From assembly GCF_009914755.1 (NCBI RefSeq), contig NC_060926.1: a stretch of 64,000 nucleotides of DNA; one strand, given 5' to 3'. Below, piece by piece: positions 34,184 to 47,800 of this stretch (its first letter is position 1; each line of letters starts with the position of its first letter). Under the pieces are notes generated by a model. That model was not told the origin of the DNA. It searched no databases and was given only the letters and a program-made list of their open reading frames with translations. The translations under genes were made by a program, and so were the position numbers. Source of the DNA: the human T2T-CHM13v2.0 reference genome, Homo sapiens.

Positions 34184-35029
34184 GCATGCTAGCAATTGTT
34201 TTTATTCAAATAGTATTTTCTGACACAGGTGATTTCATATTCTTTGATTTTTTTCTTTAGCATTTTATAAATGATTTTATGTTATGGTCTTATGAAGGTT
34301 GAAATCGTCTCCAAAGCTGCATTTCTTATGAGAAATATAGCTGCCATCTGCATTTTGTTCTTAATTTTATGGAAAATGGCTTTAACATTTCAATATTTGA
34401 TATGTTATAACTAACTATATATAACTATTAACAAATTTTGTCTATAACTAATCTTCATTTTTTATTTCCACTTTTGTTAGGGTTCTTGTTAGGAATTGCT
34501 GGTCCCCCTAAATCTTAACAAACAATGACATTTCTGTACCTATCTACATGATCGCCTGCAGTTTTTTCCTTCTGATTTGTTTGCACAAAGAATTATGCAG
34601 GTAGGTGTCTTGATGTTGAATATTTATACATTTTTTAAGATGAACTCCACTTTGACATGGTGCAAAATGCTTTCGATTCACAGCTGCCATTTTTTTTTTC
34701 CTGGAACTCATCAAAATCTGGACAGAGATTTAAATGATGGAAACTTGAGCATGCCTTCCTGATTTCCTTTCTCTCCCACCATCCTCTCTGGAAGGTGTAA
34801 ACAAACATGACTGAAGCTACAGGTTGTCAATTCTCCTAGAATATGACCAGGCCAAATGGGTCCTATTGCCTCTGCACTGACTCTATTAGGCTGAGACTAG
34901 CTGTGGAGAGGCCTTCAGTTAGTGCCCCAGCAGCAGAGTCAGGTTGTCTGGCATGCTCACAGCTGGCTCACGGGAGGAGACATGGCTGTGCCTTCCACCC
35001 TTCTCTTGCTCCCCACTCTTTCACAGACC

Positions 35030-35350
35030 TTCCAACCTGATGGTGCCTTTGCTGAAATTAATTATAGAGAAAAATGAGCAAGCAAAAAAATTTATAACAA
35101 CATATTTAAGGATTTTCAGGGAGAAGGATGTGCCTTTAGAAGAGATGACTTCTACTGACATTGAATAGATGCAAGAGTTCAAAAAGAACTTTAAAAATAA
35201 GATATACTCTGAAAGCAAGTCATTTAGAGACCAAGCAAAAAGACTTTCTAGAAATAAAAATATATGATTTATAAATTTTAATAAACTGAAAAGGGTATAG
35301 GTGTAGCTAAATACCAATTTAGATCTTAAAAATCCAATGGACAAATGAGT
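35030..35350 (+). mobile_element. Possible old L1M/HAL1 ORF1-like fragment
   Basis: A-rich strand-biased segment with ...gactttctagaaataaaaatatatgatt..., resembling HAL1/L1M ORF1. Confidence 0.4.
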
Positions 35351-36546
35351 TTGCAACACAGAACAAACACACAGAGTTTGAATCCCTAATTCAATGTGCT
35401 AAGAACTAAGCCTCTTCATTTTATTGTTGTCCGCAAACTTGAATCAACAGTGACTAAACTTCACAATCCCATGTTATGATTCAAAAAATGTCAAACCCCA
35501 AGTAAAATTCTTGAGGTAAATTCCAGTTTCAGATGCCTAATGAGGTATTCATAAATTAAAGATTTTAATCAAATATTTTATTTTATGATCCCCTCAGTGT
35601 GATACAAAGGAACCCCAAAAAAACATTGAACTATGAATTCATAGTTTGTTATTGTTAGTATTGGTGGTGGTGGTGTGTGTGTTTCCCTGTATTTTAGATG
35701 TCTCCTGTCTCAGAGAAACGACAACTGTCTTCTCCAAAGACTGTTTAAGCACAAACAGGACATTTTGCTCATTCATTGTTGTTTGTCACACAAAGAAGTT
35801 GCTTTTGTATTTTGTGGTACTGCACTATTAAGGCTGAATTTCTTTTCAAATAAAAATCTGACTCAAGGGAGTGAACAGCTCCATGCTCTAAGCAGGGTTA
35901 ACCACTGTTTTCAAAAGCTCTGGCAGGGAGATGGAAGCTTGGAGGTAAATTGAAAGATATAGTTTACCAAATGCTTGGGGCAAACCTCACTGAGAAGGAC
36001 ATAAATGGATGGTAGCTCCAGGAGTTGTAAGCAGAAGAGGCAGTAGTGACATTGGGGTTGGTCTTTGCACTGCATCAAAGTGCACCCATCTCTCTCCAGT
36101 AAGTCTGGGATACAGCTGGCCAGAGGCACATTAAGATCACGTGCAAAAGCAGAAAAACAGGAACTGAAAACCAAGTTCAACAAAAGAGGGAGAAATAAAT
36201 GAAGGAACCAGGACTGAGTACCACGTTTGGCTCTGAGATTTACTAGAAGGTAACCTCAGAAAGAAATGAAACGTGTTAAATTACTTAGTCCTTATTATCA
36301 AAAAGGATGAGGTCAACCTAGGTCTTTCTTGGCATTACCTATACTATAAATTTCTCAAATGAGACTTTTTACACAGGGGGCAATGAACAATAAGCCTAAT
36401 AACACACAAAAGTAGATTATTAAAGTGGTGCTTCTGAAGTGCTATAATCATCATCTTCACCAGGGCTTTGTAAATTATTTCTTTCCACAGGATTAAAAAC
36501 TTCAATGAACAATATCTCCCTTCTGTTTTGGCTTTAGAAATCAGGT

Positions 36547-37008
36547 TGTTATTGGTGGAACTGTACCCCTCCCACACCCCCAATTCACATGGTGATGTTC
36601 TAACCCGCAGTACCTCACAATGTGACCTTATTTGGAGATAGGCATTTTTTAGAGGTAATCAAGTAAAAATGAGGTCATTAGGAAGGCCTAACCCAAGATG
36701 ACAGTGTCCTCTATGAGAAGGAGGAATTTGGACATAGACACACACAAGGCGAACATCATGTGAAGATGAAGCCAGAGACCAGGATGCTGCTTCAACATGC
36801 CGAAGAACACCAGAGACTTCCAGAAAACCACTAGGAATTCAGTGAAAGGGATGAAACAGCTGCTCCCTCACAGCCCCTCAAAGGAACCATCCCTGCCAAC
36901 ATGTAGATCTCAGACTTCCAGCTTCCAGAGCTGTTGGATGATAAATGTGCGTTACTTAAGCCACTCAGTTTGTGGTACTTTGTTACGGCAGCCTAAGAAA
37001 CTAATACT
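36547..37008 (+). mobile_element. MLT1C-like MaLR solo LTR
   Basis: cagtacctcacaatgtgaccttatttggagatagg...cagtttgtggtactttgttacggcagcc...aactaatact. TSD caggt at 36542-36546 and 37009-37013. Confidence 0.9.
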
Positions 37009-39039
37009 CAGGTTTTTATAATGTCAGGTTGAGCCATCCTCCACATCTACTTTCTCTGGCAGTGACCATTTCTGATCAGGGACTGAATAGAAGATTCTAG
37101 TTATTTAATTACAAACAAAATAATTGAGAGAAGAATGCAGTCAAGATAATTCCAAGAACAGCCCATGACCTGGAGCCCAGTGCCCAGCTTCCACAGCAGT
37201 GATGTGTTCACATCAGGCCAGATTCTTCCATAAAAAGTTCACATTTCTATAATAAAAAGTTCACATGTTTTCTTTGGTCTTGTCCTATTTTATATTGGTT
37301 CCCCTTTATGACAAGAGTCTAGAGACCAGAAAGAACTGGTCCAGGACCAAATTAAATAAAGCTTGAAATCTCTGTCACTTACCTGATCCCTAATTATGGG
37401 TAGAGAAGCCCTACAGACAAGCTTTTTCCAGCTCAGGTAATGTTGCTGTATGGCCCCAGCAACTTTTTTTATGACTTGGCTAAATTTTGCCAAGTATTTG
37501 CTTGGTGTCACATTTATGAGCTTACTTAAGAATCTTTTGTGCAAACTTTTCGAAGGCTTACTTGATGGACTAGCTCCAGAACTAGATTCCTGGGGCCCAC
37601 TACACAGTGTTTGAATAAGGCCAAAAGGTAAAATGTGTCTCCTAGTTGTTTTCTTGTATCTTCCCTCCCTCTCCTCCCCCTGCAAAGATGTCTTCTTTCC
37701 TCCTTTCGTACTGGTCTTCTGACAAACAAGTTAGCTAATTACCAATAAGCAAAATTCCCTTGAATATCTGCCATTGTTCAGTGTTTTCCTGGGCAGGGGT
37801 CTGATCTCTATGGAGAGGCTTTAAGTTTTAGAACATGTACAAAGCTTCTGCGCCTTGTGGTGGTGATGGTGGTGGTGGCATGTGTGTGTGTTTCTGAGAG
37901 AGAACTACTCCTCTGGCCACCTATTTAGTGAGTGAAAATATCTCAGCCTTGCAAGCAACTGCCTAGAATGTTTGATTCAACCTCTACTCCAATACTTTCT
38001 ATCCCAATGAAAATTATAGCTATAACATCTTTGCCAGCTGATTGTACAGCTCTCATCAAACCATTCCTGTGTTAAAGTGGGCCCTGCCTTTCATGTAGCC
38101 CATGAAATTGCACCTCATTCTCACTGTTGGACGTTCTTTCCTGAATCTAGCTAAAACTACCTGCTTGCCTCCTGGAATCTCACTTATATAGGCATGCATC
38201 TACACAAAGTGAATGAGAAGGCCAAATTAACTGTTACTCATTCAGACATAAAATCTTCCTGATTCTTCACTCAGATGCAAGGGCTATCTTGGTCAAAATA
38301 CCCTCAATTATCTGTATAATTTGTGTCCAGATTCCATCTTCTCCTTTATTCTATAGATCACAAAATCTCATCTCACTGACTTCTCATGAGGGTGGCCCAG
38401 GCCCGGACTGGACTAGGTGACTTCTACCAAGTTATATGGCTGTGAATGTTAGAGTCAGAGGAAATTTTAAAAATCTATCATCTCCATGATGCAAAATATA
38501 AACATGGCCTGTGAATCTCAGAAGTTGTAGAGATGATGCCTACGTGCAAGGCTTTGGAAGACAAATATCAGGATTAGCAAGAATAAAGGCATGCCACACA
38601 GGAGAAGAAAAAAATCTAGCCAGGAAGACTGACTCCCATGGCATCCTCTACATGGGGAAAGGAGCCTTCAGAGACTGACATTTTGGTGCATCAGGAGGCA
38701 TTTCTGCTTCCACATGAGATTTACTGACTATAAAAATGATTGGATTCTGTGTTCTATAATTTAAAATTATGATCCTGTAACATTATAAGAAAGTGTCTGG
38801 TAAGAGGTGTCTGCTCTTCAAACATGTCAGATATGCTGCAGATGGCTGAGATAGGAATTGGAGGTGGGGTCGTAACAGAAAGGTGGTGTTGCACGATGCC
38901 TCCTCCAGAAGTGTTGCATAGGCCTGCTGACCCAGGGAGAGGTTACGCAAACATCTGGCCTTGGGTCAGAGAGGGCTCTGCAAGCTCCAGTTATCCACTT
39001 CAGTCACTGTTTTACATAATCCCATCATTTTGTAAATCA

Positions 39040-39210
39040 TTTCATTGATACCAGCACTTTCACAGAATTGTTTTATTTGAACAACTCAGAGGAAGGCCAC
39101 AGCAGAGGGTCCCAAGTTTTTGATAGATGAGAAAATTGAGAAGTTTAGTGATTCCTCCAAAGCCACCTAAGAAGTTTGCAGCAGAGGTAAGTCTTTTACT
39201 CCTGATCCTT
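39040..39210 (-). mobile_element. MIR fragment
   Basis: agatgagaaaattgagaagtttagtgattcctccaaagccac. Confidence 0.55.
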
Positions 39211-41249
39211 TATCTTTCTGTTCTTGCTTACACAGGTGAAGGAGGTAGGTTAATCCCCTGGATTATCCTGGTATTGTCCCACTTACCCCTTTTGCTCAGT
39301 GTCATGTGGCTGTGACCAAGTAGACCACATCCAGGAGAAGTGACCTGCCATCCCACCTCACAGACAACTTCACCTCCCCAGCACCATCCTAGACCTTTTG
39401 AAAGACTGAACTGGAGTTCTAAACATTCATTAATTTAGTTGGAATATTTTTGTTTCCTCCTCAAGAGAGTGAAAAATGGCCATTGTGAGAGAATAATGTC
39501 AAATATTCCTACAAGGGCAAAGGCAGAGTCCAGAATCACAGCTGAATCCTCCTTGTTCCATTTTTATGTGTGAATTCTTAAACCACACAGATTACATTAC
39601 AAGTTGGGAATGCCTCCACCTGACTAAATATATATGTGTACACATTGGCATCCATCTCCATTAACATAATATTAGCCATTACGGGAGCATTACAACATCA
39701 TCCTGCTCACAAATGTGACACAGAACAGAGTGTCACAGACACCTCAATGCACTGGACGCTTAAGTCAAATGGAAAGTTAAAAACACCTTCTGCAAGCAGC
39801 CACTGGCATTACTTCATATTTATGTTAGTTTTGCTAATCTAATCGAGTGAACTTTTTCCCTAAGAGAATGTAATAGGAATATTTTATTTGAAAATTTTAT
39901 GTAGTAAGCAGCTGTCTAAAGTCTTAATTTCTGTTTTCAGTAGGGTAAGTGGCAAATGCAACCAGGAAGAAAAAAATAGCAGTTTCCCAAGTGCTAGTAA
40001 GGGCAGCAGGCAGTGGAAAATCCATGCAAAGTCTTTCCAGGAAACCATTCCTACGGATCATGGGGGAAATACTTAAATGCTGGTATAGAAAAATATATCC
40101 ATGCATTTCTTAATGAGGTTGAGCAAAAGAGTTGGAAAAGCCCCCAGCAATCAGGGAACAGAGGTAGAGAGAGGGAAAGTAGCTTGAAAAAGTCATTAGC
40201 AGGAGAAGGATAGCCACAATCAAGGACCTCGGCCCTGGCTCCAGGGGACTGTTTGCAGGAATTGCCTACTTTGTGCTGACATCTGGGGTACACTGCAGGA
40301 GGAGAATGCCATTACACCCCCTGCTATTGCTCCAGCCACAGAAATGGCCATGTGCTGCATGGTGACCTACCACATCCTGTAGTTCCTTTCACTAATACTT
40401 GCCTGATCAATTACATAGCAGATATAGGGTCATGTCACAGGTTCTGTCTTTTTCTGCCATAGAAATTCAAACAGGACCCTAGCATAGTATTTATCTATAT
40501 CTTGCATGAATTAAATGAGTTGAGCTGATACAATGAAAAGAGAAGGAATGTGAGGGGTAATCAGTCCTGGATTCCTGTCCTTGTTTAGGTACAACTTTGG
40601 AAAAATTACCCAGTCCCTGAGCCTCTTAAACCAGGAAAATATGTTTATCATAATTTTTCATGAAAATTACATGATATAATATATAAAACATACCTATCCT
40701 GAGGGAGTTAGGAAGTGGGTGTCAGTAGTAATTACATATTGGGAGTCAAGATATAATCTTAATGCATTCTATTGATGATAGCAACAAGCAATAATCTCAT
40801 TGGTTGCTATGTTCTGAGGCAGCCTGCATCTTGAATTAGAAGAAGTTCATGGCCCCAGGAACAGAGTATAGACCTTAAAAAGAAATACATGCACAAAACA
40901 CCATTTCTGAAGATAATCCCAGGGACCCAGAGCTATAAATTCCAGATATTTCTTCCTCAGTGGTGCCTAATCCACCTGGCCTCACCCATCATACCATGCA
41001 CCTATTCTTCACTACAGCCACCTCTATCTTGGGCTCCATGTTCCCCACCTTAGCTCCTGGTATAGGTGCCTTTGTTTAAACACCAGCACATAATATAGAA
41101 CTTGACCTACTGGTATTCATTAAACTGGTGTAAAATGAGTGAACTAAGTGACCAGTTTTGAATCTGCTTTTCATGACAACACTCCAGCATGTTCTTTGAT
41201 TTGAAATTGAAACTCTTGAAGATGGGAGAAAAGAAGGAAAGCAAGTTCA

Positions 41250-41692
41250 GGGCTTTTATCTCCCTGACTTCCTTCTTTCAGGGCTGCCTTAGGCTGCTTG
41301 GGTCCCTCACCAAAGACCAGTGCTCCTTGCAGTGGGCCCCTCAATACAACACACTCCTCCCAAGTTCCATTAACTGCTCCCTCCGTTTGTCAATTGAGGA
41401 GTAGGGGTGGCCACAACCCTGCTGTTACTAGCCTCTTGTGCATAGCCTCTTGTGTTTTTCTTACCTAGAATGGCCACTCACCCTACTTTTCGCAGAAATG
41501 GAGTGTTGTGAAATCCTCTCATTCGGATGAGAGGGCTCTCAGTACTAAAACAGTCTTGGGCAAACTGGATGGTGAGTCACCCTACCTACGTCCTGCACAC
41601 ACCTTTGTAAATAGCTCCTTTACTAAACCTTCCTTTTATCACTCTGGTTGAAAAGAGTCATCCACTTTCTTTTTGGGACCTTGAATAATTCA
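41250..41692 (+). mobile_element. Old ERVL-class LTR remnant (subfamily not assigned)
   Basis: taggggtggccac...ctgttactagcc...cacacctttgtaaatagctcctttactaaac...gggacc resembles an old LTR 3' half. Confidence 0.55.
41466..41584. mobile_element. MER81/MER94-like hAT-Blackjack MITE nested in the LTR
   Basis: Degenerate TIRs tagaatggccactcacc... / ...gggcaaactggatggtgagtcacccta; ~119 bp. Confidence 0.6.
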
Positions 41693-42151
41693 TTATCAAA
41701 AATCACACCCTATTTTGTCTTCTGCAAGAATTGTTGATGTGAGGCTACCTATGAACACATTCCCTCCTCTGGGGAGAAAGCCCACCTACAATTGGAGACA
41801 GTAAGGCCAGTACACCAGGGGCAGCAGAAATGAGAGACAGCAGTGGAGGAAATCCCTGTCTCCTCAGGACCCAGAGTCCAGCCCAGGGATGCTGGCTCCT
41901 GAGTGCTTCTTTTTTCTGCAAGGCAGTCATGTCTTTCCCAGCCATACCAGCCAACAAATTCCTAACTTGTAAAAAAAGGACCACTGCCGCTTCAACCAGT
42001 TTTGCCTGAGACAGTTCTGTGTACTTCTGTGTGTAGGCCAGGAATGAGAGACCAAAGTGAAGTCTCCCAAAGCATCTCCCTAGCCTAAGTCAGGATGAGA
42101 GAAGAGTACATCAGTGGTAAAATATGGCAGCCTTTTAAAAATGTTTTTCAA

Positions 42152-42831
42152 AACACAACAACACATGCTGGCAAGGCTGCAAGAGAAAAGGGAAAGCTTA
42201 TACAATTTTGGTGAAAATGTAAATTAGCTCAGTCACTGTGGAAAGCAGCTTGAAGATTTCTCAAAGAACTCAAAACAGAACTACCATTTGAATGAGAAAT
42301 CCCATCACTGGGTATATATTCAAAAGAAAATATATCATTCTACCAAAAATACACATGCACTCACATGTTCATCACAGCACTATTCACAATAACAAAGACA
42401 TGGAATCGACCTGTGTGTTCATCAATGGTGGGCTGGATAAAGAAAATGTGGTACATTTACATGATGAAATACTATGTAGTCATGAAAAAGAATAAATACA
42501 TGTCCTTTGCAGCAATATGGATACACCTGGGGGCCATTATCCTTGGTGAATTAATGCAGGAACAGAAAACCAAATACCACATGTTCTTACTTTAAGCGGG
42601 AGCTAAACAATGGATATTCATGGCATAAAGATGGAAACAGTAGACACTGGGGACTACTAGAGGGTGGAGAAAGGGATGAGGCAAGGGCTGAAAAACTAAT
42701 TATTGGGTACGAAGCTCAGTACTTGGTTAATGTGATCAATTATACCCTAAACCTCAGCATCCCACAATATACCCAAGAAACCAACCTGCACATGTATCCC
42801 CTGAATCTAAAATAGAATCTAAAATTATTTT
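42152..42831 (+). mobile_element. 5'-truncated L1 3' end (L1PA15-17-like)
   Basis: ORF2 C-terminus (MFITALFTITKTWNRP) and 3'UTR gcaagggctgaaaaact...aaacctcagcatc. Perfect TSD aaaatgtttttcaa at 42138-42151 and 42832-42845. Confidence 0.92.
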
Positions 42832-42849
42832 AAAATGTTTTTCAATAAC

Positions 42850-43040
42850 TATTAATTGAACATGTAATGTCAATTGCTCTGCTTAGTTCTTAACAGAGAT
42901 TACCTGATTTAGTCTTCATTACACTCCCTGAGCGGGTTATTATTTACATTTTATAGAGGAAGAAATGGAAGCCCAGACAAGTTGATTCACCTGCGCAGTC
43001 ATATCCCTTGGAAGAGGCAGAGCCAGGATTTGAACCCATG
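42850..43040 (-). mobile_element. MIR
   Basis: attttatagaggaagaaatggaagcccaga...ggcagagccaggatttgaaccca. Confidence 0.75.
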
Positions 43041-44551
43041 CTATTAAGCATTGTGTTACCTTGTCTGCCTATGGTTCTCCCCAGGATGGCCTTGGTTGGA
43101 TGTAGCTATTGCATCTGTCATCACAGGAATGGAGAGCCCTTCAGGAACTCACAGGGTACAGCTCAGGACATTAGGCAGCCCTGCTTCATCCTAATTTCCT
43201 TTCCTAGTTCTCGGCAAGAAGGCCTAGAAAATAGTTCATGCTTCAATCTTGTAACTTAAAACTCTGACAACAAACTGCACATGATCTAGTGCTGTACAGA
43301 CTCCAACTTAGAGTATGCTTTTACTTCTCACTTCTAGATGTTTACACACTCATCAAGGCCATTACCCATCTGTGTCTGTTAGTAACACATGTCCTCAAAC
43401 TTGCAAAAATTTCTCAATGCAGAGCTACCCTTGGGATGCTGAAAGATCTCAACACAGCCCCTATCCCATGCTCTTTTGTTCTTCAGTGGACACCTTTGCC
43501 CTCCCTCTCCATCTTTGCTGTAACTCAGTGGAGGATCTTACAGAAGGTGATATAAAATGGAGTCCAGAGCCTGCTTTAGCTGATGGCTTTTTCTTTTTCT
43601 TTAAAATATGTATGAAGCCAATGCCTAACTCACAAGACTGGTGGATAAAATAGCATAGTGTATGCTAATGTTCTCCTAATAGAAGGCAATTCTAGTCTTA
43701 ATACATAGGTGGCATATGGCTAATTAATGGATTTGATGGTACCTGAAGATTTTGGGTGAGCAGGAAAAACAGAATAATGTTAGGATGATTATTTTAGGCA
43801 GAATGTGTTAGTTAACTGAATAGAGAAAAGGTCCAAGCACAAATAGTTAGAAAAGCATTACTGCAGAAGTCAGAAAGCCAATTGCCAGTAGTTTGTCCTC
43901 AAAATCAGCCTAGCTCCCTGGCTGGAGCTGGATGGACGGGAACACAGAGAAATGGTCTGGAATGAACGCCTCTGCTTCACTTGGGCAGAGCAACTGGAAG
44001 ACACTGACATTGGCTACAATCTACCTGGATATTAGCATAAAGTCGTGTTTGGAAGCTACATTGAAAACTAGCATAACGTATGGGAACTCCCTGGTTATCC
44101 AGACCAAACACCTGCTACCACCACGTAGCTAAAGAAAAAGCTGTCAGGGAGTCATTCACCAGGCAGTTTTTGAGTTGGTTTTGTGTTTCTCAGCACAGCT
44201 TTTATTTGTTTCTTTGTTTCAAGATTAAGTGTTAACTACAATATATTCTTGGGAGGATAAGAAAGGGAAGTCTAATATTTGGAGATTAGTCATTTAAATT
44301 ATGCTTCAAGTAGCAAAAATAATGTGAGCATATCATCTATTGATAAATCTAAGTTAGAAGACAGAAAAGATGCGTCTGAAAGTAAAAATAATTCCTAAGT
44401 TGAACTGATTATAGGACAGATTGTGGGAAAGTTGTAGAGAAATCGGAACCAAAGATATCCCTAGGAGGTGTTTTCCTCTTACACTTTGGGTCTAAGAGGC
44501 ATCAAAACTGAGAATTTTTGTATATTAATTATAGCAGTAATACAGGTGACA

Positions 44552-44860
44552 GTGCACACATATGCATTGACATTGACACATGCACACACATGCAGGGACG
44601 CCTTGCCCCATGACACACATACACACACACACACAAACACACACTCATCACATACCAAGAACTGGATAATTTGTTTTCTGCTAAATCTTCAAGAGACTGC
44701 TACAGCACCTGGCACAGAATATGTACTCAATAAATATTCATGTGCATTTAATACATTTGGAATAAGTTAATAGATGAATGACATAAATGAATGAGTGGGG
44801 AGAAAGAGAGAGAGAGGGAGACAAGAAAGAGGAAGTGGGGAGAGAGAGATGGGGAGAGAA
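44552..44860. repeat. Degenerate (CA)n tract, L2 tail and (GA)n tract
   Basis: gcacacatatgc...cacacacacac; cagcacctggcacag...ctcaataaatatt (L2 end); gagagagag. Confidence 0.7.
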
Positions 44861-45177
44861 ATGTTAATCACTGACTCTAGAGCTAGGACTCAGACATGTG
44901 GAATATGGGCCAAACTTCCCATTCAATAGGCCTTTGGCTTAAAAGGAAACTCTTCAATTCTTAGAATAAAGGATGATGTGTGTATGTGAAAAAAGCAACC
45001 TGGAGTCAACATGGCCTGAAATTAGCAAGTCCAAGTAAAATCTCAGGGACTGAAGAGCCAAAATATCTACAGCATATTTGTGATGTATTCAGTTTTCCTA
45101 AATAAAAACAATCTCCCTTTTGCAGAGCCTACTTATAAAAACTGTACCAAAAATAAATCTCAGTGGGCATAATGGCT

Positions 45178-45473
45178 GGCCAGGCATGATGGCTCACGCC
45201 TATAATCCCAGCACTTTGGGAGGCTGAGACAGGCGGATATCTTCAGGTCAGAGACTAGCCTGGTCAAAAGGGCAAAACCCCATCTCTACAGAAAAATAAA
45301 TATAAAAATTAGCCGTGTGTGGTGGCACATGCCTGTAACTCCAGCTACTCAGGAGGCTGATGTGAGAGAATTGCTTGAACCTGGGGTGGTGGAAGTTGCA
45401 TTGAGCCGAGATTACACCACTGTACTCCAGCCTGGATGACAAAGTGAGACCCTGTCTCAAATAAATAAATAAA
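45178..45473 (+). mobile_element. AluS-type SINE with (TAAA)n tail
   Basis: Dimer with a short deletion after caggtca. Confidence 0.92.
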
Positions 45474-45597
45474 TCTGCCCATAGAACTATGGAATATTGA
45501 ATGTGGAATTTGGCCATTTGTAAAATATAATAAAATCATCCACTCCCACTATTTACCCATATGCATGAAATGTTGAGAACCACAGGCAGTAGCTCTC

Positions 45598-45618
45598 AAA
45601 AAAAAAAAAAAAAAAAAA
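45598..45618 (+). repeat. Poly(A)21 tract
   Basis: Read directly. Confidence 0.95.
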
Positions 45619-46588
45619 CATTCACTGGGAAAAGCCTAAAGAACCCTCACTAGGCTACAATTGTCCCATGTGGGACAAGGGGGCCATAAGATCACTGTCT
45701 TATTAAGTCAGAGGCTCCACTCATCAGCCCTACGTAAGCTAAATGCCAAGTATGAATGGAAGCAGAAATTGTAATATATAGCTTGTTGAAAAAATGTGTG
45801 ACTGAGGGTTAGAAGGCAGGTTTCCATGCAGGTTGTTCTACTTAGAAGTTGTATGATTATAACCACATTATTTGATCTCACTTCCCAGTTAATCTCATGA
45901 ACCCAGTGCCTGACACATAGTAAACCTTTAATGAATGAAGGAATGATGTTGTTGTGAAGATCTAACAAGAAAATGCATGTGTATATTCTCTGTAATAGTT
46001 AAATCACTATGCATATGTATAATTACTATTATTGCTAAAAATAGATTTCTATGACTCTATAATTCACTCTGAATCCTCAAAGATAGATTGTGTTAACAGG
46101 GCCATGTGGACAGAGGTTAAGCCATTGACCTGGGGTGTAAATTGCTTTTCTTCTTAAGCAGATTTGCTCAACTTGGAGCTCTAGCAACTGAATGCCAAAG
46201 AGACAGTTTCTTAGAGTCCTTTCATTGCATATGTGTGCATGTGCTGTATGTGTGTGGAGAGTGCGATGTGTGGTTATCAATAGGATAGTAATGTTTGCAC
46301 TTCTCATACTACTCAAATACATTAAAAATAAAATCTCTCTTCTTATTGCCTGTTTCATTTTAATTTCTTTCCCAGCCAGCTCATCTGAGCCAAAAGGAAG
46401 GCAAGAATTTTCCACCTTGCTGCTTAATTGGCAGTCCGACATTTGGCCCCGTGCACCTCTCAGAAGTTTGGCCACAATGACTAGCCTCCTTCACGCCAAG
46501 CAGCATTAGAGCTTTGTTAACACCAGGCAGCGGCACAAGCACAGAGTCTCTTTGCGGTTACAATGTGACTTCATGTAGCTGACATCTG

Positions 46589-46591
<3 letters not shown>

Positions 46592-46620
<29 letters not shown>
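46592..46620 (+). repeat. Poly(A)29 tract
   Basis: Read directly. Confidence 0.95.
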
Positions 46621-47574
46621 CACCAAAGAAGGTCTGGACAGTTTCTTTATGAACAAACAGGAAGTAAAAAGAGAGCTATGGCATGATCTGGCTTAAGAAG
46701 AAGTTGGCGCATCACCATGGATGCCGCTGATAGAATTTTGCAGGGACAATAGGGATTTGGACAAGTTTAAATTATCAACAGAATAAGTCTTGAAGCAGGC
46801 ATGTGTTTTCAGTAGGTGGGGAGAAGCAAGCCTGCAAAAAACACCTTCTCCACATGTCTCCCAGCCTTGCTTTCCATTGCTTCTGCTAATATCTTCTTAT
46901 CATGATCCAGTAAACAACTGCCATATTGGCCTCTGTTGAAAACTATTGAATATGCACCACTTTTGGAGAATTTGCCTGGGGAAAATGGTTGTTCTCCATG
47001 CTTCATCCACTGTTACTCCTTAGAGAGTCTATGGATATCTGAGAGTTCTGAATCTATCATCCACAAACTAGGAAGAAGAAGAACGCAATACTTCCCACTA
47101 GTTTGGAATGCCATGTACAACTGACTAGATTAATACTGATAATTTGTGTTTGCTACAAAGAGAGAACATACAACTAGTTAGGGAAGAGATTTTGTGTGTC
47201 CAGTTTTTCTGCATGGAATCTGACAGCCCTCACTGCATTGGGGTTGCTGCAGGCCTGTCACCTGGGTCTTGCATTCTGTATTCTCTCTACTGAAACATCT
47301 TTCTGCTGGACTCTGCCAGCTCAGAATAGAACCTGAGGCCATGCTACTTTTTGTTTCATTTCATTCCCTCTGAGCTCTACAAAGATCCTGAAAACTATAA
47401 TTTTCCAGCAAAGGTCTAGGGCTGACCATCGGTAGAATGAGACACTCCATTATGTTCTGACTCTGTGCTTAGGGCTTCCTAACTTTCCACACAAGGGTCC
47501 ATATTCCTCATGCTGTTTCCGTCTACCATCTTCCCTCTTCAATAAACCCCTCACATCCCTCATTTACACTAAGA

Positions 47575-47800
47575 CAGGGGTTCCCCGTCTCACCACTGTT
47601 GATATTTCGGGCTGGATAATTCTTTGTTGTGAGTGACAGGGGTGCTGTCCTGTGCATTGTAGGATTCTTAGCAGCACTCCTGGCCTCTCCCCACCAGATG
47701 CCAGTAGCATCCTCTTTCTCCAGTGGTGACAACTAAAAATGTCCCAGACTTTCCCAAATGTCCCCCTGAGGACACTATCACTTACAGTTAATAACTAGTG
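47575..47800. mobile_element. MER20 (hAT-Charlie) DNA transposon
   Basis: gggctggataattctttgttgtg...ctgtcctgtgcattgtagga...cagatgccagtagca...gtgacaactaaaaatgtc. 8-bp TSD cactaaga (47567-47574) / cactaaaa (47801-47808). Confidence 0.92.
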
